Shown here one piece after another: positions 10,187 through 21,149 of a DNA stretch of 64,000 nt. Numbering within the stretch: the first letter of the stretch is position 1; each line of letters begins with the position of its first letter. Made by a program: the position numbers and the translations under genes. Location: IMG/VR virus record IMGVR_UViG_3300046804_004848, positions 64,001 to 128,000 of that record; one strand, written 5' to 3'. The notes below the pieces were generated by a model. The model was given only the letters and a program-made list of their open reading frames with translations, did not search any database and was not told the DNA's origin. The stretch is from a virus.

Positions 10187-11436
10187 TTCTTTCCTTTTTT
10201 CAATAAGGTTCCAAGATAAGATTCTGCTTTAGGTTCCCAAAGTTTATTTAGCAAATTTGGGTCAACAACATGACTTTTATCTATGATAATTTTTTGACCT
10301 TTTAAAAACTTAGTATAAAACATAACCTTAAGTAGCACACGCTCAATTTCACTTTGTAAACCACGTGCACCTGTTTTTAATTCTAAACAATTTTCAGCAA
10401 TTTGTTCAATGGCATCTGCTGTAAAACTTAACTCTATTTCATCCAAACTTAACAAATACTGATATTGCTCAATAAAATTGTTTTTAACTTTAGTCAAAAT
10501 TTGAACCAATTGTTCTTTAGTCAGTTCGTTAATAGAAACACGACATGTAAACCTACCTGTAAACTCAGGAATCATACCAAACTTGGTTAAATCATCAGGT
10601 GAAACTTGCGATAATATATGATCCATAGAAGCACTTTGTCCAACCATCGCAGAAAAACCAATACTATTACCATGCAATCTACGTGAAATAATATCGCTTA
10701 ATCCAACAAAAGCACCACCTGATATAAACAATATGTTTTTAGTATTGACTTCTAACATATCATTACTTGGATGTTTTCTTTTACCAAGCTGTGGTACTCT
10801 ACAAACAGTACCCTCTACAATTTTTAATAGTGCTTGTTGTACACCTTCTCCACTAACATCACGTGTAATACTTGCGCTTTCGCTTTTTCGTGCAATTTTA
10901 TCAACTTCATCTACAAAAATAATACCACGCTCTGCTCGCTCAATATCACCATCAGCAGCAGCTACTAATCGTTGTATCATACTTTCAACATCATCACCAA
11001 CATAACCTGCTTCAGTTAATGATGTGGCATCAGCAATAACAAATGGCACATCTAAATATTTTGCTACTGTTTTAGCCATTAGTGTCTTGCCACCCCCGCT
11101 TGCTCCGAGAATAAGTACATTGGCTTTTTGTATTTCTAACTCTTTAGTTTCTGCTGTGATGCGTTTGTAATGATTAGATACTGCCACACTAAGTAACATT
11201 TTGGCATTATCTTGTCCAATGATATATTGGTCTAAAAATGTTTTAATGTCATCAGCATAAAAACTTATTTTACGTGGTGAATCATCCTCAAGTGGTTCAT
11301 CATCCTTGAGCAAATCATTACATAAATCAACACAATCACTACATATTGCAGTGCCTTCACCGACAATAAGTTTCTTGACAACATTTTTATGTTTGCCACA
11401 AAAACTACACTCTTGAAAATGATAAACTTCACCCAT
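10183..11436 (-). CDS. clpX: Clp protease ATP-binding subunit ClpX
   Basis: CSFCGK zinc finger, ADATSLTEAGYVGDDVE, DEVDKI, RDVSGEGVQQALLK, RKH loop, IGF loop. Confidence 0.96.
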   Translation of the reverse strand: MGEVYHFQECSFCGKHKNVVKKLIVGEGTAICSDCVDLCNDLLKDDEPLEDDSPRKISFYADDIKTFLDQYIIGQDNAKMLLSVAVSNHYKRITAETKELEIQKANVLILGASGGGKTLMAKTVAKYLDVPFVIADATSLTEAGYVGDDVESMIQRLVAAADGDIERAERGIIFVDEVDKIARKSESASITRDVSGEGVQQALLKIVEGTVCRVPQLGKRKHPSNDMLEVNTKNILFISGGAFVGLSDIISRRLHGNSIGFSAMVGQSASMDHILSQVSPDDLTKFGMIPEFTGRFTCRVSINELTKEQLVQILTKVKNNFIEQYQYLLSLDEIELSFTADAIEQIAENCLELKTGARGLQSEIERVLLKVMFYTKFLKGQKIIIDKSHVVDPNLLNKLWEPKAESYLGTLLKKGKK

Positions 11437-11444
11437 ATTTTTAC

Positions 11445-12557
11445 TTATCTTCCTACACAGTTACGCACAGCTTTTGTTTCTAAACGTTGATAATTTTTCA
11501 AATTATGTAAGTCAGTATTGTTTAAATTAACTACATAAGACTTAGTTTCCCAACGGTCGCCCCTTATCAATCCTGTGTTACTTCCTTGCAACATAACATT
11601 GTTTACTTCAATGTTCATGTCACATAATTGCAACAACACATTATTTGCTGCATCTACAAAACTAAATTGTATACCGCTACGTGAACTTGCAAATGTATTA
11701 ACTAACTCTTTGTAGTTACCCTCGTTTAGAGTAATTAAATCTGATTCACCTATTATATTACCATTTTGTCGCATAGTAAGTTTTACTGAGCGAATACCAT
11801 TACTGTTTCTTGCCATATGTATAGCACAAGATGTATCTATGCGTGTGCCATCACTACAACGACTATCAAAAACATTTAACAATTGTGGTTTTACTTTAAT
11901 TGAATCTAATAATGACCACAAACCATGCATAAATTTATAGCTAAATTTGTATTCGTAATTAATCCTAAGAAAAGATTGACGATTGTTTACACCACTTTCT
12001 AAATTTTGTACTTTAATATCAAAAGCACCTTCAGGATAAAAATTAAAATATGCCTTGATTAAATTATCTTGTGTCTGTCTACTTTGTATGAGTGATTGTA
12101 TAGCAGCTTGATGTTGGTCACCTTGAATGCTTTCCATTTTATTGCTATCACCTAATATTCTACCATCAATACTATTAGGTGAGGTTGTAACATCCATTTC
12201 TATACTGTAACGTCTTTGCGCAACACGATTGTAAAATTCATCAGTGGCTAGAATTGTGTAGTTTTTAACGTAACAACTACTGCTTGAAACAACACGGTCA
12301 GTTGCCAAACGTCCATTGATAGAACTACGGTCACTTATTACACTACTCCCCCATGTTTGATTACAAGCTTCTCTAAACGCACCTTGTCTTGCACTTTCAG
12401 GTGAATCTGCCTCTACTTTAACTCTAATTTTTTGTGTTGGTGGGTTATTAGGTAAATTTTCAATGACAAATTTAGTGACGCTAACGATAGTCCATGTATC
12501 AGTGGCACAAACTATCGTAGGCATTGTAAGTAGCAATCCTGCAAGAAACCTTTTCAT
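11445..12557 (-). CDS. secreted hypothetical protein
   Basis: N-terminal signal peptide; 370 aa. Confidence 0.65.
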   Translation of the reverse strand: MKRFLAGLLLTMPTIVCATDTWTIVSVTKFVIENLPNNPPTQKIRVKVEADSPESARQGAFREACNQTWGSSVISDRSSINGRLATDRVVSSSSCYVKNYTILATDEFYNRVAQRRYSIEMDVTTSPNSIDGRILGDSNKMESIQGDQHQAAIQSLIQSRQTQDNLIKAYFNFYPEGAFDIKVQNLESGVNNRQSFLRINYEYKFSYKFMHGLWSLLDSIKVKPQLLNVFDSRCSDGTRIDTSCAIHMARNSNGIRSVKLTMRQNGNIIGESDLITLNEGNYKELVNTFASSRSGIQFSFVDAANNVLLQLCDMNIEVNNVMLQGSNTGLIRGDRWETKSYVVNLNNTDLHNLKNYQRLETKAVRNCVGR

Positions 12558-12558
12558 A

Positions 12559-13242
12559 TTATCGGCTCATCATACGACGAACATCTTGAATGTCGCCTGT
12601 ATGTCTTGCATCCCAACGATAAACAACGCTTACTACTTTTCCTCCATCAAGTACAGCGTTATCAACCAAACGCAATCCACTTAGAATACCTTTGTTATTG
12701 GTACGGATAAAATTATTCATAGTGGTAGCAATTTCTACTGCATCATTGCGTGTAGCAACGTTGACATTTTGTGGTGAACCTGCTGCTTGGGTAGGTTTAC
12801 CTTCAACATCAATGTCACTGATTGATACGTTTTGATTATCGTAATTACTTGCAATACGATTAGTTTTTTGGTCACGACCACGCTCAAGCGATTTACTAAT
12901 CATGTTTACACTAGTATCACTTGCTACAGTTTCTTTCCAAATAAAATCTATTAGTTTCTTCTTAGCATCAAGTTCTGCGACCTTGTACGCACTTTCTGTT
13001 GCGCTTGGGCTGTTACCCCAAACAGGAGCATATCCTGTTACTTCAATAGCTTTAATATCACGGAAAAACATACTGTATTCAACTTTTACACCACGTCTTT
13101 TAAAATCTTGTGTAACACGTTGCTCGCTTATTGCGGTTTGTTCGCCGCTGCGGATGCCTGGGTCGCTGAGCATTTTAGTTGCGGTTGAACATCCACCCAT
13201 GAACACAGTAAGTACAGCCATAGCTAAAAGACTTTTTTTCAT
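12559..13242 (-). CDS. lipoprotein (LPP20-like)
   Basis: lipobox-like MGGC; AYKVAELDAKKKL pattern; early promoter at 13275-13303. Confidence 0.6.
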   Translation of the reverse strand: MKKSLLAMAVLTVFMGGCSTATKMLSDPGIRSGEQTAISEQRVTQDFKRRGVKVEYSMFFRDIKAIEVTGYAPVWGNSPSATESAYKVAELDAKKKLIDFIWKETVASDTSVNMISKSLERGRDQKTNRIASNYDNQNVSISDIDVEGKPTQAAGSPQNVNVATRNDAVEIATTMNNFIRTNNKGILSGLRLVDNAVLDGGKVVSVVYRWDARHTGDIQDVRRMMSR

Positions 13243-13286
13243 TTTTGCCTCACAAAAGTTTATAAGATAGGTGGAGTATACGTAAT

Positions 13287-14858
13287 TTAAGATTTTTTGT
13301 CAAGTGATAAACGTGTTTCTATTTCTTCACGCTCTAAATCAGTCAATGAATCTATGTCTATACTGCCATTTTTAAGACATTCAATCAAATAATCTAGATA
13401 ACTTGCATCTGTTATATAGGTACTATTTTGTTGTTTATCCACAACAATCCACTTTTTGCCATTAAATTTAAATACAATATGTGGTATACGATCAATACGA
13501 ATAAATGTATCGCCACTAAGTGCTTCTTTTGGAAACTCTGTACCATAGTGTATTTCATTAGGCCATGGTTTGTCAGCAGGAAAAATCAAGTCAGGGCGTA
13601 AACCTTTTAATGCTGCCATGCTCGTACTTTTACCTTCAAACGAAACATATTCATCAGTAGACTTAAACAATGGTCGCAATTTGGTTACATTTTCAGTAAT
13701 AATTTCTTCATTATTGTTTTTTGTAAGTGGTACAGGTTTAAATTTAATTGAATCAACTTCACTCGTAGCAATTGTATTATCAGCAGTCAACGTAATATCA
13801 TCTATGGTTGGTTCAGGAACTGTAAGCTCAGTAACAGGTTGCTGCACAATAGATGGTGGTGTATATACTTGATGTGGGAAACGGATGCCTGGCACTTTGT
13901 CGTTCCAAGGTTTTGTTAAATAAACTTGTTCAACAGGTTTGGCTTCTTCTTTAACTTCTTCAATAACTTCAGGTACAGGTTCATCAGGTTGTACAGTGGC
14001 TTTAGGTTGGTCAATCTGACCGTCAGTCAATGCACTATCATCTTTTTCATGTTTTGGTTCATCTTCTTTACGTTTTTGTAAACGATCTTCTCGTTCCCAT
14101 TTAAGGGAATTATTAGCAGCAAGTATTAAAATAATAGCTAGTGGATCAAACACAGCTACAATTAATATTATAACCCAACGTACAGCACGTTCAAGCATAG
14201 TTGCGTCAGGATTATCATCATAAATTAATGCTGCTATGTACTTGATAGGTCCAACCTCTGCCTCTACTTGTCGTAATTGACTAGCTACAGGAGCACGTTG
14301 TTCATTTAATTCTTTAATTACATTTTGTGATTTTGCAATATCATTTTGTAACGCAGTACGTTCTTTTGCTTGTTGTCTGCGTATTGCTACTGCTCGTTCA
14401 GCATTTTGCTCAGTTGTACCACGTGATAACAATTGATCAACCTGACTATCCATCTGTTGCAATGCTTTTCTTGCAGTTTCTATATTATCACGCTCTGTTT
14501 TAATTTTTTCATCTAATAAAGCAACTTGTGCTGCAACATCACCTGTTGGTATGCCTTGGTCAATATGTGCTTTAGATAGATAACCAAAAATACCCATACT
14601 TGTCAAAAATGCTAACGCAATGACAGCAGTAGTTAGATAAGTTTTTATTACCCATCCTGAACGTTTCCAATACATGTGCAACCATACGGTAGTAGTGACT
14701 TTAGCAATTTCAAGTACACTACCCATGACAATAATGGATATAAAAGCACCTGCAAAAATGGCAGTTAATCCAATGATACTATAATATGCTGCTATAACAC
14801 TTATAGATAAAGCAACAAATAGTGTCCAACGACTATAGGTAAAAAAATCTCTGAGCAT
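13287..14858 (-). CDS. multi-pass membrane coiled-coil protein (DUF4407-like)
   Basis: three N-terminal TMs, LEIAK, GIFGYLSKAH, coiled coil, FDPLA TM. Confidence 0.7.
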   Translation of the reverse strand: MLRDFFTYSRWTLFVALSISVIAAYYSIIGLTAIFAGAFISIIVMGSVLEIAKVTTTVWLHMYWKRSGWVIKTYLTTAVIALAFLTSMGIFGYLSKAHIDQGIPTGDVAAQVALLDEKIKTERDNIETARKALQQMDSQVDQLLSRGTTEQNAERAVAIRRQQAKERTALQNDIAKSQNVIKELNEQRAPVASQLRQVEAEVGPIKYIAALIYDDNPDATMLERAVRWVIILIVAVFDPLAIILILAANNSLKWEREDRLQKRKEDEPKHEKDDSALTDGQIDQPKATVQPDEPVPEVIEEVKEEAKPVEQVYLTKPWNDKVPGIRFPHQVYTPPSIVQQPVTELTVPEPTIDDITLTADNTIATSEVDSIKFKPVPLTKNNNEEIITENVTKLRPLFKSTDEYVSFEGKSTSMAALKGLRPDLIFPADKPWPNEIHYGTEFPKEALSGDTFIRIDRIPHIVFKFNGKKWIVVDKQQNSTYITDASYLDYLIECLKNGSIDIDSLTDLEREEIETRLSLDKKS

Positions 14859-15064
14859 AGAATATTATTTATCGGTTTTTTTACTGCAAAAACCGTACTT
14901 TCTTATACCATCGGCACACAATGCCGAGTTATCTGTGTGATAATATCGTAGTTCTTGTTGGGGTATAATATCTTTTTCAGAATAATTCTTGTCTAAAAAC
15001 AGTAATAAATTTCTAAATAATACAAGTATGATGCAAAAAAATATAAGTCTGTATAGATGTGAAA

Positions 15065-15520
15065 TCATTTAGTGAGTTGATAAACCATCATAAAGTTATC
15101 ATATGCTGCTTTTACTGTGGGGTTTTGTAATTTTTGTGCAGCTTCATGCACAAGTGCAGCTAATCCACTCTCAACTGCTTCATATATACTAGGATATTGT
15201 AGTGGATGACATTCTTCTCCAAAAGCTTCAGACAATTTTATCCAAGCAATATTTTGTTCTTCAGTAATTGGAACTTTACTAGGGCGCATTTCCAAACTTT
15301 TACGCAATGATTTACTAATCTCCTCACGTGCAAATGTTGCTGCTGCAATTAATGGAGCAAATTCAGGATCTATGTTGTACTTGCGGATATAGTGGCCTGG
15401 GCGACTGATGACCAAATGACACCCTTCACTAAAAGCATTCTCAAAACTAGGATCATGTTCAAGAATAGGTATATACTTATGCCTAACTTTTTTATAAAAC
15501 GTTTCGCTCATAACGGGCAA
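15065..15520 (-). CDS. hypothetical protein
   Basis: 151-aa ORF. Confidence 0.6.
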   Translation of the reverse strand: MPVMSETFYKKVRHKYIPILEHDPSFENAFSEGCHLVISRPGHYIRKYNIDPEFAPLIAAATFAREEISKSLRKSLEMRPSKVPITEEQNIAWIKLSEAFGEECHPLQYPSIYEAVESGLAALVHEAAQKLQNPTVKAAYDNFMMVYQLTK

Positions 15521-15750
15521 TCTTCACTAGCTTCTTTAATACGTTTGTATTTGATATAACTCTTGCTAACTTTTTCCTTGATAATTGAACCCAACCCAAT
15601 TAACGGAACCAAAGTCATACATGCAACAAATACATAAGGTTGTTGCACAATTGCACTAGAAATACCAACAACAAAACAAAAAATAATTAACCAAGTTTCT
15701 TTTTGCCATTGACTAGCTGACCACACAATATAACCGAATAAATTACGCAT
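15508..15750 (-). CDS. small membrane protein
   Basis: two hydrophobic helices. Confidence 0.55.
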   Translation of the reverse strand: MRNLFGYIVWSASQWQKETWLIIFCFVVGISSAIVQQPYVFVACMTLVPLIGLGSIIKEKVSKSYIKYKRIKEASEDCPL

Positions 15751-15753
15751 TAT

Positions 15754-16005
15754 TTACTCCATCGGTGCAGGGTTAATTTTGTCACGCATTGCTTGGATAT
15801 TTTGATTCACATTGATAAGAATTGCGGTATAACCACAAGTGACAATACCCACTACTAAAATACCAAGGGCTGACATAACCGCAGGTAAAAAATTGTCAAA
15901 CATTTCGCCAACTAATGTGATACCTGCCATAACAACAAAAATTAACGCAAGCACTTTATTAAGTAAATCAAGTGACTCTACGATTTTACGATTGAAAGAA
16001 CCCAT
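15754..16005 (-). CDS. small membrane protein
   Basis: AAGGAG RBS before MGSFN; two TMs; TTGACT-17-TACAAT promoter at 16030-16058. Confidence 0.65.
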   Translation of the reverse strand: MGSFNRKIVESLDLLNKVLALIFVVMAGITLVGEMFDNFLPAVMSALGILVVGIVTCGYTAILINVNQNIQAMRDKINPAPME

Positions 16006-16067
16006 TTGTATCTCCTTAAAGATAAAGGGATTGTAGCACAATCCCTATGTTTAGTCAACAACCAAAA

Positions 16068-17321
16068 TTACTTCACTTCGTGAACTGAATAATCAGCCCA
16101 TTGTCCTCTCCAATTGTTGTACTCCTCGTCAATGCCTTCATCATCAAGAGCAACATCATCGTAATAAATTGTTTTAATATGTGAAGATCCATCTACATCA
16201 ACGGTATCAATTCTGAATTTAGCTAAATCTAAATTATCAGTTACTGTTAACGTATGTTGAAATGAACCACCTTTACCACCTTGCTTGTACATTAAGTAGT
16301 ATCCTTTACCATAAGTGTGTGGGTAAATTTCGTCTACTTCATTACTACAATCATAATAGGTTGCTTCATCACCGTGACCAATTTCAAATATTTGTGAAAA
16401 CTCACCTTCAAAAATAGTTTCACCATCGCTATTAATAATTTCAACATCAGCATCTTCTTCCATACCATAAAAGTCTATTACATCATTGAATTCATAATAA
16501 CCACTACTTGTAAAACGTGCTTCTTCAGGTGTGTCATTTTCATCAAAATCGTATTCTTCATTGATTGCAGCACCTAAGTCATAATAGTGCTCATCTTTGC
16601 TCCAATGTTCGTATTGTTCTTTGGTAATCTTACCAATACCAAGCTCAGTAGTGCGAGCAAAAATACGTATAATATATTCTCCTGCAGGATGAATACGCTG
16701 ATAAGCTTCATCTTCGTCATCATCAGTTGCATTTCTTAATTCATCTAGTTCATTTTCTAAATTAGTGATATCTTCATCTTCGGACTCATCAACTTCAATT
16801 TCATCAAGTTCTTTGTAAAGTTTTTGCATTTTGGCTTCTTGCTCAAGACCTTCAGGAGTAAGTTCTACCGCACTATCACACATTGGGCATACATCACCTG
16901 TATGATGAAATTCTAGTTCATCATCAGTATGAATAGTTCCATCTTCATTATAAAATTCAGTTTTGGTTTCGTACTTGCTACCTTTCCAACGACATTTGGT
17001 ACACTTGTGGGTAGGTGCAGGAGGTTCAGGGTCACTGTGCCAACTATTCTCATCACCTAGTTCATAAGTTACTTCATATCCACCTTTACGGTCACTATAC
17101 CAATCATCATATTGACGTTCCCACATAATTTCTACATCATTATCCCAAGCATGTTCAATAAGCTCATCAACATCGTATGTGCCATCTTCTACCGCATCAA
17201 GAATTGATTGTAGTTCATCTTCATCCTTGTCAGGATAAATTTCTTGTAACAAGTCTATATCAAGCTCAACGGCAAATTGACTATCAACACTATGCCATTC
17301 ATGTTTAACTAAAGTAACCAT
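16068..17321 (-). CDS. very acidic hypothetical protein with CxxC pairs
   Basis: CTKC...CPMC; 417 aa. Confidence 0.7.
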   Translation of the reverse strand: MVTLVKHEWHSVDSQFAVELDIDLLQEIYPDKDEDELQSILDAVEDGTYDVDELIEHAWDNDVEIMWERQYDDWYSDRKGGYEVTYELGDENSWHSDPEPPAPTHKCTKCRWKGSKYETKTEFYNEDGTIHTDDELEFHHTGDVCPMCDSAVELTPEGLEQEAKMQKLYKELDEIEVDESEDEDITNLENELDELRNATDDDEDEAYQRIHPAGEYIIRIFARTTELGIGKITKEQYEHWSKDEHYYDLGAAINEEYDFDENDTPEEARFTSSGYYEFNDVIDFYGMEEDADVEIINSDGETIFEGEFSQIFEIGHGDEATYYDCSNEVDEIYPHTYGKGYYLMYKQGGKGGSFQHTLTVTDNLDLAKFRIDTVDVDGSSHIKTIYYDDVALDDEGIDEEYNNWRGQWADYSVHEVK

Positions 17322-17330
17322 ATTTTTCCT

Positions 17331-17579
17331 TTATGAATATTTCAATTTAATGTACGTAATTTCCTCGTCAGGTATGTCTACCATAATATCACTTTCATCA
17401 CTTAAATAAAAGTTGTAATTAGTAATTTTGGATAACTCATTTAAACGATCACTTACTTTAGTCGCCATTGAATCTTTGTAAGTTAATTTTACAATGAACT
17501 TATATTCATGTGCTTTACATAATGACGTAAACCAATTAAACACCCATGGTTCATCAACATTAAAAATATTGACAATCAT
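17331..17579 (-). CDS. hypothetical protein
   Basis: 82-aa ORF. Confidence 0.55.
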   Translation of the reverse strand: MIVNIFNVDEPWVFNWFTSLCKAHEYKFIVKLTYKDSMATKVSDRLNELSKITNYNFYLSDESDIMVDIPDEEITYIKLKYS

Positions 17580-18919
17580 TTGTCATCCCTAAATCGTAGA
17601 AACCTTGGAAATCTCAATGAATGTGTACCATCTTGATTTTGTGTTACTGCATCAGCAAGAATTTCTACAGTGCGACCAACAATTACATTACGGTTTACCC
17701 AATAATCATCACGATCACCATCACTAAACCCACTACCAACGTTAACCACAATGTGCTTTCCATGATCTTCACCTTCGCAAATTAATGCGCCTAATCTATT
17801 TTTATTACGTCCTGTACCTGCTTCCACCCCAACAATCTCTAAATCTACTGAAATGGTTGGTTTCCATTTTAACCAAAATTTATTACGTTTGCACTCGTAT
17901 GGGGCATCAACACTTTTAATCATAATGCCCTCAAACCCTTGTGCTACACAATCGTTGGCATAACGCTCTAGTTGATCCTTACCCTCAGCAATGTCTAAAT
18001 CTACGACAATATGTGGCAACAATTTGACATGTGGCATATTTTCTAGGGCAGGACGCATATCTTCTAATATTTTAATTCGTTTGCTTAATTGTGCGTTCCA
18101 ATATCCACGCCTAAAATCTGCTAGCGGAAGAATATCAAACACATGGAACACACTGTCGCTAGCATCAGCATTGTCTTTTCTACGTGCTTGTCGCATTAAG
18201 TCTTGAAATGATTCGCCCATTACTTCACCATCAAGCACAAATCCTGTATTTAAATTACTTGATGATGCTAGACGTATCATACGGACAAAATTATTTTTTA
18301 CTTCTTCTTCAATGTGCGTAAAATTATTGAATACCTTACCATTACGACTGTAGCATGTTACAACAATTTTATCATCATAGTCAGAGGGTGGTATAACAAC
18401 CATTAATACTCGTACACCATCTAGTTTAGGTTCAAGACGTTTAAAACCCACCATTTCAGGGCGACCTTCGCTATCAGTAGCAAGTTGGCAAGAAAAAATC
18501 GGTATTTCGTATTCTGTATTTTTACAAATCTTGTTGATAGTTTTATCAGATATACCGCAACGTAAGTCTTTACCAATCACATTGATACAGAAATCATTCC
18601 ATGTTGGACTATTAAATCTTACGCTCATAGCTTCAATAGCATCATGAGCAGCATTACCTGTTAAACTACGTAAAGCTAATTCTACTAACAATGAGCTAAA
18701 GTCTTGCCATGGGTTTTCAGCATTCACAATACCAACAGTTGGTTCTACAGCTTTTACACCAAAAGTGGTAAATGGATCATAAGCAAAATATACAAATTTA
18801 AGAAAGTGTTTACAATTTTCATCACCAAGCGTAGCTAAATTTAAAACTTCTTGTATGACTGATTCTTTGTGTAAGCGACTATTACTCTCGTTCAGCTTAT
18901 AGATCCATGATTCAAGCAT
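17576..18919 (-). CDS. ATP-dependent DNA ligase
   Basis: KLDGVR, VLDGE, EGIMIK, WLKWK, VGSGF, LRFPRF. Confidence 0.96.
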   Translation of the reverse strand: MLESWIYKLNESNSRLHKESVIQEVLNLATLGDENCKHFLKFVYFAYDPFTTFGVKAVEPTVGIVNAENPWQDFSSLLVELALRSLTGNAAHDAIEAMSVRFNSPTWNDFCINVIGKDLRCGISDKTINKICKNTEYEIPIFSCQLATDSEGRPEMVGFKRLEPKLDGVRVLMVVIPPSDYDDKIVVTCYSRNGKVFNNFTHIEEEVKNNFVRMIRLASSSNLNTGFVLDGEVMGESFQDLMRQARRKDNADASDSVFHVFDILPLADFRRGYWNAQLSKRIKILEDMRPALENMPHVKLLPHIVVDLDIAEGKDQLERYANDCVAQGFEGIMIKSVDAPYECKRNKFWLKWKPTISVDLEIVGVEAGTGRNKNRLGALICEGEDHGKHIVVNVGSGFSDGDRDDYWVNRNVIVGRTVEILADAVTQNQDGTHSLRFPRFLRFRDDK

Positions 18920-18921
18920 AA

Positions 18922-19527
18922 TTACACCTTAGTTTTGTGTTTGTTGATAGCTTCCCATAACATGTTTTCCACTAGTTGGTTTAGCGTTATGTCACGCTCA
19001 TGGGCTAAACTCATTAGATTATACATTTCTTCTTTATCTAATTCAAGTGGTACTTGCACTTTGGTATTGTATGGTTGTTTATTTACAATAGCAGTAAGTT
19101 TTTCAATAAAGTCCTCATCAGTTTCTAACGTAACATAATTAACTTCATCGTAAGCGTTATTCTCAACTACATTTTTATCTTTACATTCTTGACGATATGC
19201 TTCAACGTAATCAGGATTGATCAAACGATATGACCGTCTTTTTGCGTAATCGTGTACAGTGGCGTAATATACCTCTTGTGTTTGTGTATCAAAAGTAATA
19301 TCAGCACTTACTCCATCATGATCATTATCCCAATATGATAGGGTAAATGGGTGGTCACCAAAACATTTCCAAAGGTATTCTGTACCCTCAGATATTCTGT
19401 AATTAATTGCTTTCATGTAATCTTCAAGGTTTATCACTTTCTTTTCCTTCCAATAATCGTTTAAATGTTTGTCCTGCACGATACTTTTCTTCTTTACTTG
19501 TGCGGTTTTTATCATGGTTTTTACCAA
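18922..19527 (-). CDS. hypothetical protein (true start probably downstream)
   Basis: C-terminal AHERDITLNQLV, ribbon-helix-helix-like; 5' part overlaps the next ORF. Confidence 0.6.
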   Translation of the reverse strand: MVKTMIKTAQVKKKSIVQDKHLNDYWKEKKVINLEDYMKAINYRISEGTEYLWKCFGDHPFTLSYWDNDHDGVSADITFDTQTQEVYYATVHDYAKRRSYRLINPDYVEAYRQECKDKNVVENNAYDEVNYVTLETDEDFIEKLTAIVNKQPYNTKVQVPLELDKEEMYNLMSLAHERDITLNQLVENMLWEAINKHKTKV

Positions 19528-19774
19528 ATATCATACCATCATAACCACGTGCCCATTCTATACCTCGTAACCACATTTGTAAATCTTTTATGGTTCCAAT
19601 AAAAACTTCAGCATCACGTGAATACAAAGGTAATGCTTCATCATCTTTTGGTTTTACTGCAACTACATCACCAAATTCATTATAAAAATGCTTTGCGTGA
19701 CACATCATTAGACCAAGACGCTCACAATCTTCTTCAAGCCTACGTATTTCTTGGATTAAATTATATCCTGCCAT
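19424..19774 (-). CDS. hypothetical protein
   Basis: 116-aa ORF. Confidence 0.65.
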   Translation of the reverse strand: MAGYNLIQEIRRLEEDCERLGLMMCHAKHFYNEFGDVVAVKPKDDEALPLYSRDAEVFIGTIKDLQMWLRGIEWARGYDGMIFGKNHDKNRTSKEEKYRAGQTFKRLLEGKESDKP

Positions 19775-19776
19775 GA

Positions 19777-19992
19777 TTATCGTGTATTTTTAAATGGGAT
19801 TAAATTACCGTTTTCATCATAGCGACCAATCATCACCCTACGATCATCCTTACTATAAGCAGGTCTATCTTTCCAATAATGCTTCTCAGCTAGGATTTTG
19901 CACTCAGGATCAATATTTAACTTGCCTTCTTCATCACGAATAAATCTGCTAACAAAAGGTGGCAATGCATTTGATGTTGTATTTTCTTCCAT
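19777..19992 (-). CDS. hypothetical protein
   Basis: GAGG RBS, 71 aa. Confidence 0.6.
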   Translation of the reverse strand: MEENTTSNALPPFVSRFIRDEEGKLNIDPECKILAEKHYWKDRPAYSKDDRRVMIGRYDENGNLIPFKNTR

Positions 19993-20047
19993 AATATCCT
20001 CATAAAATTATAGGGGCATTACGCCCCATAGTGGTTTAAATTAATAT

Positions 20048-20440
20048 TTACTTCTCTAGAACATAGGGTTTGTTCCACTTACCGATATTTACCCGAATAT
20101 AGTGCGAGCAATTGAAGTAATCAATTTGGGCATCACTTTCATCGTAGTAATCAGGACCGTACATCGCTTGTGTTACTTCAGTAAGAAATTCTTTAGCAAC
20201 ACCGCTAAAGTGGTCTTGAAACCAATAAGGGTTTACGTCAAGGTAATCACGGTCAGCTTTAAGACTTTGCTTGCATGTTTCATTAAAGTTACCTAGAAAG
20301 TCAATCTTACTAGACTTAATATTAAGAACTAACGTACTGTGATAATTCACACCTAACGTGGCTTTTACACCGTATTTCTTAAGAACTTGTTTGATGGCAA
20401 CTGCGAGGTTTTGCTTCTTTTCTTGGGAAACGTAAGCCAT
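20048..20440 (-). CDS. early hypothetical protein
   Basis: own promoter and GGAG RBS; DESDAQIDYF...IGKWNKPY motif. Confidence 0.7.
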   Translation of the reverse strand: MAYVSQEKKQNLAVAIKQVLKKYGVKATLGVNYHSTLVLNIKSSKIDFLGNFNETCKQSLKADRDYLDVNPYWFQDHFSGVAKEFLTEVTQAMYGPDYYDESDAQIDYFNCSHYIRVNIGKWNKPYVLEK

Positions 20441-20479
20441 TTGGCATCTCCTAGTTGGTTATCAATCACTACAGAAATA

Positions 20480-20508
20480 ATTATGCCACAATATGGATAT
20501 ACTGTCAA
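20480..20508 (-). promoter_or_regulatory. sigma70-type early promoter
   Basis: TTGACA-17-CATAAT. Confidence 0.75.
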
Positions 20509-20516
20509 GCAGTTTT

Positions 20517-20729
20517 TTACCACTCATCAGTTGTTGTAATTGGGATACGAATTGTTGCCATTCTACCTTTAAATTGTTGATGAAATTCTAAGTCTACTTC
20601 ATACCCAATACCACTACCACCTGTTTTGATGATAGTAAAATGGTTGACTTCAAACTCTTTTAGAGTATCCATCAACTTTTGTAAGTCAGTATAATTAAGT
20701 GTTATTTTTTCTATCATTTCTTCGTTCAT
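20517..20729 (-). CDS. hypothetical protein
   Basis: 70-aa ORF. Confidence 0.6.
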   Translation of the reverse strand: MNEEMIEKITLNYTDLQKLMDTLKEFEVNHFTIIKTGGSGIGYEVDLEFHQQFKGRMATIRIPITTTDEW

Positions 20730-20927
20730 AAATTGTACAATTGTTTAAGTTTGTTAGATATGGTTTTTTCAGGATCTTTGTATCCTTCAGTCCACCAAGC
20801 ATTTAGCATGCAATCATTTGCCACTGCCAATCCAATTTTTTCAATTGTATTTTCTAGTGGTAGATCTGATCCTACGATATAATCATGAGGTAAAATATTA
20901 TGTTCAGTGGCTATTTTAAGTAAACGT

Positions 20928-21149
20928 CTATTCATCTCCACCCCAATCTTTAAAATCTGTGCACTCCTCAAAACCAAGTTTGTATGCATCATACTCAGGT
21001 GTACCTTGTAGGGCAACTACACGTTGAGTGCTATATGTTGCACCAACGAAGTAATGTGGGTCAAATACACGACCATAGTATGCATCTGCGTTACCACGAT
21101 CATAAGCACCACCATGGCGAGTATATTGTACAGTTAATTCAGTATACAT
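20928..21149 (-). CDS. hypothetical protein
   Basis: RHGGAYDRG.ADAYYGR...PHY motif. Confidence 0.65.
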   Translation of the reverse strand: MYTELTVQYTRHGGAYDRGNADAYYGRVFDPHYFVGATYSTQRVVALQGTPEYDAYKLGFEECTDFKDWGGDE

